Source: a bacterium (GTDB taxonomy: Bacteria > Desulfobacterota > GWC2-55-46). From it: DNA of 36,212 bases. Shown here piece by piece: positions 20,645-29,198 of the stretch (positions are counted from its first letter, which is position 1; each line of letters opens with the position of its first letter). The stretch covers positions 1 to 36,212 of the forward strand of contig SCQA01000228.1 in the NCBI GenBank assembly GCA_004298725.1, in the 5' to 3' direction. Position numbers and translations under genes: made by a program. The notes below the pieces were generated by a model that worked only from the letters and a program-made list of their open reading frames with translations, made no database searches and was not told where the DNA came from.

Positions 20645-23189
20645 CCATGACTCCCTGAAGTTTTCTCTTTGCCTTTTCGATGTTGAGCGCGGCTTTTTCG
20701 TGTTTCGGTTCTATGTCAAGCACCTTCTCCCATTGTCTTATTGCTTCAGTGAACTTTCCTTCGGTGTATAATTCTATGCCCTTGAGATAGAGTTTTTCAA
20801 CTTCCTTACTGTCTCCTCCGCGCCGGGGCCGCGGTTTTTCAGCCATGCTCAGGTATCTTTTAGCGGTAGCGTTGCCCGGATCGAGCGAGAGAGCTTTTTT
20901 GAAGTTGACCGCCGCGTCCTCTGCTTCGCCACGGTTATATTCGGAAATGGCTTTTTTCAGAAGGGCGCTTAAGTTTTCGTCAGACCTTTGGCGCGATTCG
21001 TCGCGCATCTTCTTTGCGTATTTGTTGTTTTTGTCAACGGAGAGGACTTCGCTGTAAATATGGGCGGCCTCCTTGTACTTGCCCTGGCGGTAGGCGGCGT
21101 CAGCGGACGACGTTTTTCCGGCTATTTCCTCAGCCCAGAGCTTTTTGGCTTTGGCCAGCGCTTCGGCGGCCGCTATATTCTTTTCGTCAACCGCCATTAT
21201 GCCCTCGTACGTCGCGACTGCCTCGGAATAGTTGCCGTTTTTCATAGCGCTGTCCGCTTCTTTAAGCCTGCCGGCAACCGAGGCTGAGAGTCCGGCTGAT
21301 ATGCTCATTAGTTCGGCTACTATGCGAGGGTCGTTTGGCGTGAGTTTTTGCGCTGTTTTAAAGTTCTCAGCGGCGGAAAAATAGTCGCCGTTTTTGAGAA
21401 ATTCCTTGCCTTTTTGAAAAAGCTGATTGACTTTATTTACAATGCTGGCATGTGTGCGCGCTTTGCCTATTAAAGCCTCTTCATTGTCAGGCTCTAATTT
21501 TAAAGCGAGGTCGTAGTCTTTTATGGCATCCGCGGAGTCGCCTTTTTCTTCATGAGCGGCGGCTTCTTCCGTAAGTGGATTTACAAGAAGAGAGAGTTGT
21601 TTTTCGGCGTTTTGGGTTATTGCCTGCAGAGCAAAGTCATCTGGGTCCAGGGCAACGGCTTTTCTATACTCCGAAAGCGCCAAGTACAGCTCTTGAGCCT
21701 CAATATGCTTGTCGCCTTTTTTACGGTGGTTTGCCGCCATTTCCTTTGTGAATACTCCGGCAATTTTAGCGCCGCTTGCGGCGTCGTGGTTGTGCGGGTC
21801 GAGTTGCAGGGCGTAGCGGTACGCCAGTAGCGCGTCGCGATAGCGCTCTTCTTTAAGAGCCTTGTCGCCTTCCGCGAGCTTTGAGCTGATTTCTTCTTCT
21901 TTCTTCTTATTTACTTCGCGACGTAGCGTCTCAAGCTTGTTTTCGGCATCTTGTTTTCCTTTCAGTCCGCGCGTGTTTAGAGGGTCAATTTCAAGGACCT
22001 CGGCGAATTCCTTTATGGCGTCGTTAAAATGCCCTTTTGCGGATTCAGATTCGCCTTTTTTAGCGTGCTGTTCAATAAGCTTTTCAGTGATTATAGCCAG
22101 CGCGAGCGTGGCCTTCTGGTGTGCCGGAGAAAGCCTGAGGGCTTCTTTTATTTCGCGCATGGCGGAAGCAAGGTCGCCCTTTCTTCTGTAGTTAATGCCA
22201 AGAAGGTAGTGCAGGTCAGGGTCGGCTTTTTTTAGGTCCGCCGCCCTTTTAAGCGCCGCCTCGGCTGTAGCCCAATTACCTTTGTTTTGAAGCTCCATGC
22301 CGATGTTTTGAAGAAGCGACGGAAGGTTTTCTGTTATGTCCTTTGAGCGCGGTTCGTTGAGTTTTTCAAGCACGGCAAGCCCTTCTTCGTATTCGCCTGT
22401 TTGGTAGCGAAGATAGCCCTGAAAGTAGATTGCGTTTTCGTTTTTAGGGTCTATTTCAGCGGCTTTTTTAAAGTCAATGAGCGCTTCGGCATATTTTTTT
22501 TCGTTTATAAACGCAAGCCCTTTTGCCATGCGCGTTGAGAAGATGAATTTTTTAAGCCTCTCGCCGCCGCCGCCGCGCTCGTCGCACGTTTTAAAGTTGT
22601 CAAGGGCGTCGTTATAGTCTTTAAGCTCAAAAAGTATTTCACCCTTTCTGCAGTACGCAAGAGCCTGCTGAGGGGCGATGCGCATGGACTTTTCGTAGGC
22701 TTTTAACGCTTCGTTGGCGTTATCTTTTTTTTGGTACGATATGCCGAGGTTGTAAAAGACCTTGTCAAGCTCGTATATCTCTTTTGCTTTTTTAATGTCT
22801 ACTTCATCAGAGATTTTTTTGTACGCTTCCGCGGCTTTGTCAAGATCGCCATTTCCGGCATAGGCAAGGCCCATGTAGTAGTTTATGTCGATGTCGGACG
22901 GCATGTCGGCGGAGCTGTTGTAAACCTTTTGCAGGTTGAGAAGGGCTTCTTGATATTGTTTTTCTTTTAAAAGCGCTATGCCGAGCTGGTAGTGTGTGTT
23001 TATGTCGCCGGGGTTGGCTGTAAGGGCTTTTTTGTACTGCTGTATAATTACACTTTCGCCGCCTGCCGGTTGCGCCGAGGCGGCAGGGACGCATAGAACA
23101 AACGCACTAAAAGCCGTAATCGCAGCAACGCTTATCAGGGTATATGTTTTTTTTACTTTCATGATGTTGCTGAACTCAAATAATGTCAT
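20634..23189 (-). CDS. Secreted/periplasmic multi-TPR repeat protein
   Basis: 851 aa. A signal-peptide-like N-terminus (KKTYTLISVAAITAFSAFVLCVPAASAQ) is followed by many 34-aa TPR-like units (A..Y...L..P....A...LG). The true start may be the ATG at 23162 (MKVKK). The stop overlaps the cyclase start by 11 nt. Confidence 0.85.
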   Translation of the reverse strand: MTLFEFSNIMKVKKTYTLISVAAITAFSAFVLCVPAASAQPAGGESVIIQQYKKALTANPGDINTHYQLGIALLKEKQYQEALLNLQKVYNSSADMPSDIDINYYMGLAYAGNGDLDKAAEAYKKISDEVDIKKAKEIYELDKVFYNLGISYQKKDNANEALKAYEKSMRIAPQQALAYCRKGEILFELKDYNDALDNFKTCDERGGGGERLKKFIFSTRMAKGLAFINEKKYAEALIDFKKAAEIDPKNENAIYFQGYLRYQTGEYEEGLAVLEKLNEPRSKDITENLPSLLQNIGMELQNKGNWATAEAALKRAADLKKADPDLHYLLGINYRRKGDLASAMREIKEALRLSPAHQKATLALAIITEKLIEQHAKKGESESAKGHFNDAIKEFAEVLEIDPLNTRGLKGKQDAENKLETLRREVNKKKEEEISSKLAEGDKALKEERYRDALLAYRYALQLDPHNHDAASGAKIAGVFTKEMAANHRKKGDKHIEAQELYLALSEYRKAVALDPDDFALQAITQNAEKQLSLLVNPLTEEAAAHEEKGDSADAIKDYDLALKLEPDNEEALIGKARTHASIVNKVNQLFQKGKEFLKNGDYFSAAENFKTAQKLTPNDPRIVAELMSISAGLSASVAGRLKEADSAMKNGNYSEAVATYEGIMAVDEKNIAAAEALAKAKKLWAEEIAGKTSSADAAYRQGKYKEAAHIYSEVLSVDKNNKYAKKMRDESRQRSDENLSALLKKAISEYNRGEAEDAAVNFKKALSLDPGNATAKRYLSMAEKPRPRRGGDSKEVEKLYLKGIELYTEGKFTEAIRQWEKVLDIEPKHEKAALNIEKAKRKLQGVMDVK

Positions 23190-23506
23190 TTCTTTAGTTC
23201 TTCGGGGTGGATGAGCCTTTTGTGGCTACGCTTGTAAATTTAGTATCAAATAGTAAAATTATCTCATGCAATGCTTTTAATTTCAAGATGTTCCGTGCGT
23301 AACAGGCTCGTGGCAGTTTTGTTGTTTTAGTTGCCGCTTAAGCTGTATAGCGCGAGTTTTTACGCATGATGCGCGATATAAGGCGATTATTTGCCGTCAA
23401 GGACGCATTTGAAGACATTGGCCTGAATGTTGCCATGCGCGCGTTGGTTAATATTACTGTAAAGTTTAACAGTTTGCCAACAGCATGCGGTAAATTCAGC
23501 TTGGAA

Positions 23507-23542
23507 AAGACAAAGGCATACATGTTTGTATGCCTTTGTCTT
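23507..23542 (-). terminator. Long perfect hairpin, probable minus-strand terminator downstream of the 54-aa ORF
   Basis: A 16-bp perfect stem AAGACAAAGGCATACA / TGTATGCCTTTGTCTT with a 4-nt loop. On the minus strand the 3' arm runs into CTTTTCC; the plus-strand tail is poorer. Confidence 0.45.
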
Positions 23543-23664
23543 GAGTTTCCACTGATCCGGCAAGTAAAGCAAACTTTTGCCAATAATTCCGGTTTTTAGA
23601 GGCATCATAAAACAAGCCATGCAGAAAAAGGCGGCACGAGCGTAATATTTTTTTTTTGCGTGGG

Positions 23665-23829
23665 CTATTTGTTCTTTAGCAGGTCAGTGAACATTGTGCC
23701 GCGTATGGTGGTCTTTTCGCCGCACCCCGGGCACACTACAATGGCGCCGTCGTGCAGGTCTTTTGCTTTTTTGTCGAAATCTTTTTGGCAGACAGGGCAT
23801 GTTACGGTTATTACTACGTCAGCGGACAT
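23665..23829 (-). CDS. Small zinc-ribbon protein (54 aa), absent from the ORF track
   Basis: Hand translation gives MSADVVITVTCPVCQKDFDKKAKDLHDGAIVVCPGCGEKTTIRGTMFTDLLKNK, with two CxxC pairs. AAGGTG lies 8 nt upstream of the ATG. TTGCTT-16 nt-TATATT hexamers lie further upstream on the minus strand. Confidence 0.55.
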   Translation of the reverse strand: MSADVVITVTCPVCQKDFDKKAKDLHDGAIVVCPGCGEKTTIRGTMFTDLLKNK

Positions 23830-23992
23830 TTTAAGCACCTTTCTTTATTTTTTTGTGTTTGACGAATATAGCATGATGCAACGCATAAGCAATAAAGTCA
23901 AGCAACATTGCTTGTTCAACTACATACGGGCATGACGGGCATAACGGTTTATTTGGCGTATTACCCTGCTGGTTAGACATGGACTTTGTTAA

Positions 23993-24132
23993 GGGCACCT
24001 CTAAAGATTGCTCTTTTTCCCTGTCTTTATGTTAGGATGAAATTAAAACGCTCACATATGCGCATATATGCTCCGCTTTTTATTTCGTCCTGCCTCGATC
24101 TTGGAAAAAATTTCTAATTTTTAGAGGCACCA
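23993..24132 (+). mobile_element. Family-1 palindromic MITE-like repeat, copy 3 (TTAA at 23989-23992 and 24133-24136)
   Basis: A full-length copy, GGGCACCTCTAAAG...TTTAGAGGCACC. About 120 of 138 positions are identical to the reverse complement of copy 4. It abuts the stop codon of the 152-aa gene. Confidence 0.8.
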
Positions 24133-24591
24133 TTAAAAAGAATCAAGCACCTTGTATCCGGTCATTGACAGCCAATTTCTCTGCTCCGCGCTAAGCCTTT
24201 GTTCGCATACGAACCAGTTTGAGTCGTATATTCTAACCCAGCCTCTTTTTTCAAGCTCGGCCACTTTAACGCCAAGCACGCAATACGCTATAATGTCGTG
24301 AAACTTCGACGGACAGCCGTAAAATTTGCCGTCCCTTGACAGCCAGCCGGAGACGAGCGAGTTGTTATGAAAAGGGGTTTTTTTCCAGTCGAGGTCGGTA
24401 AGGTCTTCTGCTTCAACTGCTTCTGTTACTATGTCGTTCGCGTCTTTAGGTCGCCATATGCCGCGTGCTATTCCTATCCATTTATCGCCGTTGTCAACGC
24501 TCCAGTAAAACGGCCTTGGTTTTTTATCCGCGTACGACGCCGGAGAGACAAGGAAGTATTTGGTTTTGCCATTATTGTTCATGGCCTGCAC
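24133..24591 (-). CDS. Hypothetical protein (152 aa), no family recognised
   Basis: An ORF with a strong SD (GGGAGGTG, 6-nt spacing) and its own promoter-like hexamers. The Trp/Cys-containing C-terminal half is GWLSRDGKFYGCPSKFHD...RGWVRIYDSNWF. I can name no motif in it. Confidence 0.7.
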   Translation of the reverse strand: MQAMNNNGKTKYFLVSPASYADKKPRPFYWSVDNGDKWIGIARGIWRPKDANDIVTEAVEAEDLTDLDWKKTPFHNNSLVSGWLSRDGKFYGCPSKFHDIIAYCVLGVKVAELEKRGWVRIYDSNWFVCEQRLSAEQRNWLSMTGYKVLDSF

Positions 24592-24629
24592 CTCCCGTTA
24601 AAGTAGAACTATTGCAACCGGTTGTTCAA

Positions 24630-24658
24630 ATTATGTATTAACCGCCGGAATTTTGCAA
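24630..24658 (-). promoter_or_regulatory. Candidate promoter of the 152-aa gene
   Basis: Read on the minus strand: TTGCAA (24658-24653), a 17-nt spacer, then CATAAT (24635-24630). Confidence 0.45.
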
Positions 24659-24693
24659 GGGTTTTTTGTATGAGTTTTTGCATGAATATTTAA

Positions 24694-24832
24694 GGGTACC
24701 TATAAAAATTAGAAATTTTTTCTGAGGTCGAGGCAGGACGAAATAAAAGCGGAGCATATATGCAAATATGTGAGCATTTTTATATCGTCCTAACAAAGAG
24801 ATCGGGAAAAAGAGCAATTTTTAGAGGTGTCC
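24694..24832 (-). mobile_element. Family-1 palindromic MITE-like repeat, copy 4, inverted (TTAA at 24690-24693 and 24833-24836)
   Basis: The reverse complement reads GGACACCTCTAAAAATTGCTCTTTTTCC...TTTATAGGTACC and aligns full-length with copy 3. Confidence 0.8.
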
Positions 24833-24924
24833 TTAAGAGAATTCCGCAAGTATTTATTCGTATTATAGCACGGTTTTTCAGCAAATTTGTTTATAGGCTT
24901 GCAAACTTAGGCGCATCTAAACCC

Positions 24925-24951
24925 TTGACTTTACGGCGACGTTGCTATATT
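24925..24951 (+). promoter_or_regulatory. Possible tRNA-Val promoter
   Basis: TTGACT (24925-24930), then TATATT (24946-24951). The 15-nt spacer is short. It lies about 40 nt upstream of the tRNA. Confidence 0.3.
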
Positions 24952-24988
24952 CTTTTTTACGGCATTTATCTGTAACAGGCATGTTTAC

Positions 24989-25063
24989 GGGCGGTTAACT
25001 CAGCGGTAGAGTGTCACCTTCACACGGTGGAAGCCACAGGTTCAAACCCTGTACCGCCCACCA
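24989..25063 (+). tRNA. tRNA-Val (anticodon CAC), CCA encoded
   Basis: Hand-folded cloverleaf: acceptor GGGCGGT/ACCGCCC, D arm ACTC-AGCGGTA-GAGT, anticodon arm TCACC-TTCACAC-GGTGG, variable AAGCC, T arm ACAGG-TTCAAAC-CCTGT, discriminator A, then CCA. Total 75 nt. Confidence 0.95.
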
Positions 25064-25277
25064 TTAATGCAATTTTACAAGTTTTAGCGCCGTGCCGCCT
25101 TTTGATGTTTTCTTCAGTTTTTCATCTTTCCGTTATTCCGTTTATTACTTTAGTTCCATTGTTTGCGCCGTGTTGATTTGCTTTGCGCGCTGTGATAGCC
25201 TTTAAAAAAAACACAGCAATCAGGCAATTCTTATTGCATTGCCGGCATGGCCGTTAATCTTGCGCTCATTTATAATT

Positions 25278-26447
25278 ATGAATTCAATAAACCTCTTTTT
25301 TTGGTTCAAGACGGCGGTACTATTTCTTCTCCGTTCGGGCCGTTCAACCGCGCTCTTGTTTATTATGGTTATGACGGCTGTTGCGGTTCTTGTATTTTTG
25401 TCTTCATTGGCCGTTGGCGTAAACGACGCTATGGTTAAAAATTCGGTTCAGTTATATTCAGGCCATATATCAGGGTTTAACCTGCCGGACTCTTTAAAGC
25501 AGGAAGACCTTCTGAAAAGCGGCGTAACAGGCGTTTTAAGGCGTGAATTATCCGCAGGAGCGTTATCAAACGGAAGACGCATTGAGACGGTCATGCTTGC
25601 GTTAATTGACCCTCACGCCGAGCGTAAATACAGTGCGTTGTGGAAAAAGATGATAAGCGGCGAATACCCCGCATCCGGCGAGAGGGCTGTTTTTATAAGC
25701 CATGTTGTTGCCGAAAGGCTTGGGTTAAGCGTTGGCGATGAAGTCAGCTTTATTTCAGAGTTCGCAAACGCGCCGTCACGGCTTGCGGTATCCGGCATAT
25801 TCAAGGCTGGCGTAAGCCAGTTTGACAGGCTTGCGTTCGCGCCTTATGGCGCTGTTCCGATAAACCCGGCCAAGTGGCAGGCGGCTGTATTTCTTGAGGA
25901 CGGAGCCGAGCCTTCCGCAATTATCGCCGTTTACAACGCGTTTTTACCGGGTAAGCTGGACTTCCGCTCGTGGGGCGAGATTATGCCGGACCTCCGCCAG
26001 CTTATAGAGCTTAATTATGTTTCAATGAGCATGGTCATAGTGCTGGTATTTGGCGTTGTGGCCGTTGGCATAGCGGCCGCTTTTAGCATATTTATTTTCA
26101 AGCATCTGCGCGAGTACGCCGTAATGAAGGCCATGGGCGTAATGCCTGTTGAAATGACGCTTCTCATAGTGGCGGAGATTTCGATTATGAGCATCTCCGC
26201 AGTTGTTGCAGGAGCGGCAATAGGCGTTATAGCCGTTTTCATAGCCACTGCAACGGGCATTGACCTTACCGCGTTTACGTCGCATAACCAATACTTCGCG
26301 GTGTCAGGCGTTATAATACCGAGGCTTACGTTTTATTCGCTGTTGGCTCCGCCGGCGGTTTGTTTTATTTTCAGCGCGTTGTCGGCTATATGGCCGGCAA
26401 TGCTTGTAAGGCGCGCGCGGGCGGCGGATATTTTAAGGGCGGTCTGA
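25278..26447 (+). CDS. ABC transporter permease, FtsX/MacB/LolE-like
   Basis: An N-terminal TM segment, a large extracytoplasmic domain, then three C-terminal TM helices (FtsX-type topology). The start is uncertain: ATG at 25278 or TTG at 25239. An ABC ATPase follows. Confidence 0.8.
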   Translation: MNSINLFFWFKTAVLFLLRSGRSTALLFIMVMTAVAVLVFLSSLAVGVNDAMVKNSVQLYSGHISGFNLPDSLKQEDLLKSGVTGVLRRELSAGALSNGRRIETVMLALIDPHAERKYSALWKKMISGEYPASGERAVFISHVVAERLGLSVGDEVSFISEFANAPSRLAVSGIFKAGVSQFDRLAFAPYGAVPINPAKWQAAVFLEDGAEPSAIIAVYNAFLPGKLDFRSWGEIMPDLRQLIELNYVSMSMVIVLVFGVVAVGIAAAFSIFIFKHLREYAVMKAMGVMPVEMTLLIVAEISIMSISAVVAGAAIGVIAVFIATATGIDLTAFTSHNQYFAVSGVIIPRLTFYSLLAPPAVCFIFSALSAIWPAMLVRRARAADILRAV

Positions 26448-26451
26448 GCAA

Positions 26452-27117
26452 GTGATACGCGTTGAATCTCTTACAAAAGAATACCGTTCCGGCAGGGGGC
26501 GCGTCAGCGCGCTTTCAGGCGTTTCATTTTGCGTTGAGAAGGGTGCAGTGGCAGTGTTATACGGCAAATCCGGCTCCGGCAAGACTACGCTTCTTTACTG
26601 CGTCGGCGGGCTTTTAAGGCCGGATAAAGGAAAAATAAGCGTCTTCGGGGCTGATTTAACCTCTCTTACGCTTAATGAACTCTGCCTCTTTCAGCGTAAG
26701 GAGTTGGGCTTTGTGTTTCAGTCCGGCAACTTGTTATCGTACCTTAATGTCTACGATAATATCGCTTTTCCGCTTATTATGTGCGGCTGGAAAAAGGTTG
26801 ACATACAAAAACGCGTACAAGGACTGGGCGCGGAGATTGGGCTTTCATCAGCATTAAAGGCGCTTCCAAGCGAGCTGTCAGGAGGCGAGGCGCAAAGGGT
26901 GGCGCTTGCGCGGGCCATGGCGCACAGGCCGAAACTTATTCTCGCGGACGAGCCTACCGCAAGCCTTGATACTACAACCGGTAAAGCGCTTGTGGAACTT
27001 ATGGTCAGCGTAGCCAAAGAGGCCGGCAGTACCATGATTATTTCAACCCACGACCCTGAAATAATACGCCTTGCGGGCAAAGGGATACATATAAAAGACG
27101 GTCAAGTGGCGGATTAA
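26452..27117 (+). CDS. ABC transporter ATP-binding protein (MacB/LolD-like)
   Basis: 221 aa with Walker A GKSGSGKTT, signature LSGGEAQRV and Walker B LILADEPT. GTG start 4 nt after the permease stop. Confidence 0.92.
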   Translation: MIRVESLTKEYRSGRGRVSALSGVSFCVEKGAVAVLYGKSGSGKTTLLYCVGGLLRPDKGKISVFGADLTSLTLNELCLFQRKELGFVFQSGNLLSYLNVYDNIAFPLIMCGWKKVDIQKRVQGLGAEIGLSSALKALPSELSGGEAQRVALARAMAHRPKLILADEPTASLDTTTGKALVELMVSVAKEAGSTMIISTHDPEIIRLAGKGIHIKDGQVAD

Positions 27118-27184
27118 GCTCTGCGTGTTTCTATTTTGCGAAGCCGGAACAGATGATTTTTTTGTTTATGGAGGTGACGTTGCT

Positions 27185-27871
27185 ATGAGCCGGAGTATAA
27201 ACGTACGAATAAACGGTTTCATGGAGCGCTCCACGAGGAATGTTGTATTGGCGTTTCTTGCGGTAGTGTTTGTTTGCGTATCGCTGTGTGGATATTCTAC
27301 GGCGGATATATACAGATATGAAAACAACGGAATTGTAAGTTTTGTTGATGATATGAATAAAGTGCCGTTTGAATACAGGGGCAAGGTTGTAATAATTAAG
27401 AAAGCGCCGGCAAACGAAGTCGCCGTGTCAGGCGTGTTGCCGCAAGTAGAAAAGCAAGGGAAGGGTTTGACTAACGTCGTAAGCGCTAATAAAGAAGATG
27501 TCGGCAGTACTTGGGGCTTTGCATCTTCGCGTATTGTTAAGGTAGGCCTTTGGATTGCCGCCGCTATAACGGTTGTGGTTATAATAATTAAAATAGGCGC
27601 GGCGCTTGGCCATAAAAAGCTTGCTGGTGTGATTGCTTTGGCAGTGTCGTGCGGCGTATTTTATTATCTTATAAGCACACAGCTTAATATGGCGGCTGAA
27701 ACGTATAAAAAAATCTCAGGGCAGGTTGCTGAAATAAACAAAGAGATTAAAAAGAAAGATGACGCCGCAGAGAAGATATTTACGGAAACAGACCTTGCGA
27801 CGGAGGGCAGGCAACAAACCGGTGCGTCGCCGGAGCCGGCACATATGCAGGGCTTTAAAATAGGAAGGTAG
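27185..27871 (+). CDS. Membrane protein with DUF4124-like N-terminal domain
   Basis: A signal/TM segment is followed by IYRYENNGIVSFVDDMNKVP (DUF4124-like Y.W.D..G...F.D motif), two further hydrophobic helices and a charged tail. The ATG at 27185 follows GGAGG. Confidence 0.55.
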   Translation: MSRSINVRINGFMERSTRNVVLAFLAVVFVCVSLCGYSTADIYRYENNGIVSFVDDMNKVPFEYRGKVVIIKKAPANEVAVSGVLPQVEKQGKGLTNVVSANKEDVGSTWGFASSRIVKVGLWIAAAITVVVIIIKIGAALGHKKLAGVIALAVSCGVFYYLISTQLNMAAETYKKISGQVAEINKEIKKKDDAAEKIFTETDLATEGRQQTGASPEPAHMQGFKIGR

Positions 27872-27884
27872 TGTTTTATTAGAC

Positions 27885-29198
27885 TCAGTGTATAAGCTTT
27901 ATTGCTTTTTCTATTGAACCGGGCCGGATGATGTCCGCCACGAGCATAATATTTAAGACGGCTATGAGAGCGGCGCATATCCACAATAAAAGCTTTTCAA
28001 ATATTGGGGTTTGGTATTTGCCCATTACGCGTTTAGACGACGTTAGGACGATAAGCGGAAAGACCGTGAGGGGCAGTTGAACGGCAAGGACTATCTGGCT
28101 CCAGATAAGGCCGGTAAACGCGTCGCTAATAAAGAGTATTGCGATAAAAGCCGAGCCAAGCGTTATGAGAGCGCCGGTCTTTGAGTGGTTGTCTTTCAAA
28201 TTCAGCGGCTCGCCAAAAGCTCCGGCAAAGATGCTCGCCCCTGACAGCGCCGCCGTCACTGACGATGAAAGTCCGGATAGCAAAAGCGCAATGGCAAATA
28301 TTGCTCCGGCAAGGCTTCCAAGCGCCGGACGCAAGGCTGTATATGCGTCTTCGATGCCGGTTATACGCGCGCCTTGCGAATAAAAAAGAGACGCCGCCAC
28401 AAGAATCATGGCGCAGTTTATCGCCCACCCGGCTGACATGGCCGCTATAGTATCGAGGAATTCGTACCTAAGGCGTTTTTTAATCCGCTCATCTCCTTCA
28501 AGGTTAATCTGCTTGCTTTGTATCACTTCGGAATGTAAAAATATGTTATGAGGCATTACCACCGCGCCCAGAACGCTCATGATTACCGGCAGAGATCCAT
28601 TCGGTATTGACGGGCTCACCAAGCTTTTCAGCGCGCCTGACGAACCAAACCAGTCAATATGAACAAGGTTGACTTCATAAAGGAAAGAAAACCCTATTAG
28701 CGATACAAAAATTATTATCCATTTTTCAAGCTTGTTGTAACTGTTGGAAAAGACCATGTACCCGGCAAAGAGCGCCCCAACGAGCGCGCCGGCCGGAAGC
28801 GGTATGCCAAAGAGCATGTTAAGGCCTATTGCCGCGCCGAGCAGTTCCGCCAGCGCGGTTGATATTGCGGCAACCATTGCGCTTAAAATAATGACCGCAC
28901 TCACACGTTTTTTAAAGAATTTTTCGCACGCCTCGGACAGGCAAAGTCCCGTTACAATGCCGAGGTGTGCGGCGTTGTGCTGTATTATTATAAGCATCAG
29001 CATTGCTAATGTTATAACCCAGAGCAACATATATCCGTAACTCGCCCCGGCCGCCATGTTAGCCGCCCAGTTGCCGGGGTCTATAAAGCCAACGGTTACG
29101 AGAAAGCCCGGGCCGATGTATTTAAATATTTCAATGGCTTCGGGCGCGTAAGCATGTTTTCTAAAGAAGGTCTTGTATTTTATCGGTAGCCTAAACAT
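27885..29198 (-). CDS. mntH: NRAMP-family divalent metal (Mn2+/Fe2+) transporter
   Basis: 437 aa, about 11 TM segments, with the hallmark GPGFLVTVGFIDPGNWAAN and MPHNIFLHS motifs. Confidence 0.9.
   Translation of the reverse strand: MFRLPIKYKTFFRKHAYAPEAIEIFKYIGPGFLVTVGFIDPGNWAANMAAGASYGYMLLWVITLAMLMLIIIQHNAAHLGIVTGLCLSEACEKFFKKRVSAVIILSAMVAAISTALAELLGAAIGLNMLFGIPLPAGALVGALFAGYMVFSNSYNKLEKWIIIFVSLIGFSFLYEVNLVHIDWFGSSGALKSLVSPSIPNGSLPVIMSVLGAVVMPHNIFLHSEVIQSKQINLEGDERIKKRLRYEFLDTIAAMSAGWAINCAMILVAASLFYSQGARITGIEDAYTALRPALGSLAGAIFAIALLLSGLSSSVTAALSGASIFAGAFGEPLNLKDNHSKTGALITLGSAFIAILFISDAFTGLIWSQIVLAVQLPLTVFPLIVLTSSKRVMGKYQTPIFEKLLLWICAALIAVLNIMLVADIIRPGSIEKAIKLIH

Noticed and set aside
23338-23620. 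Three overlapping 77-81-aa ORFs in the spacer upstream of the TPR gene.
   Set aside because: They lack an SD, are mutually exclusive, and read straight through the 16-bp perfect hairpin at 23507-23542. The region is more likely promoter, 3'-UTR and repeat-relic DNA.
24760-24975. A 71-aa plus-strand ORF upstream of tRNA-Val.
   Set aside because: It starts inside family-1 repeat copy 4 and runs through the putative tRNA promoter. It has no SD and a basic, junk-like sequence.
23626-25103. A 13-bp inverted match, AAAAGGCGGCACG (23626-23638) versus CGTGCCGCCTTTT (25091-25103), bracketing the zinc-ribbon gene, the orphan gene, both repeats and the tRNA.
   Set aside because: It is tempting to read these as island boundaries. 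However, a 13-mer inverted match is expected by chance several times in 36 kb, and similarity decays immediately outside it. It is worth rechecking only if relatives show an indel with these exact ends.
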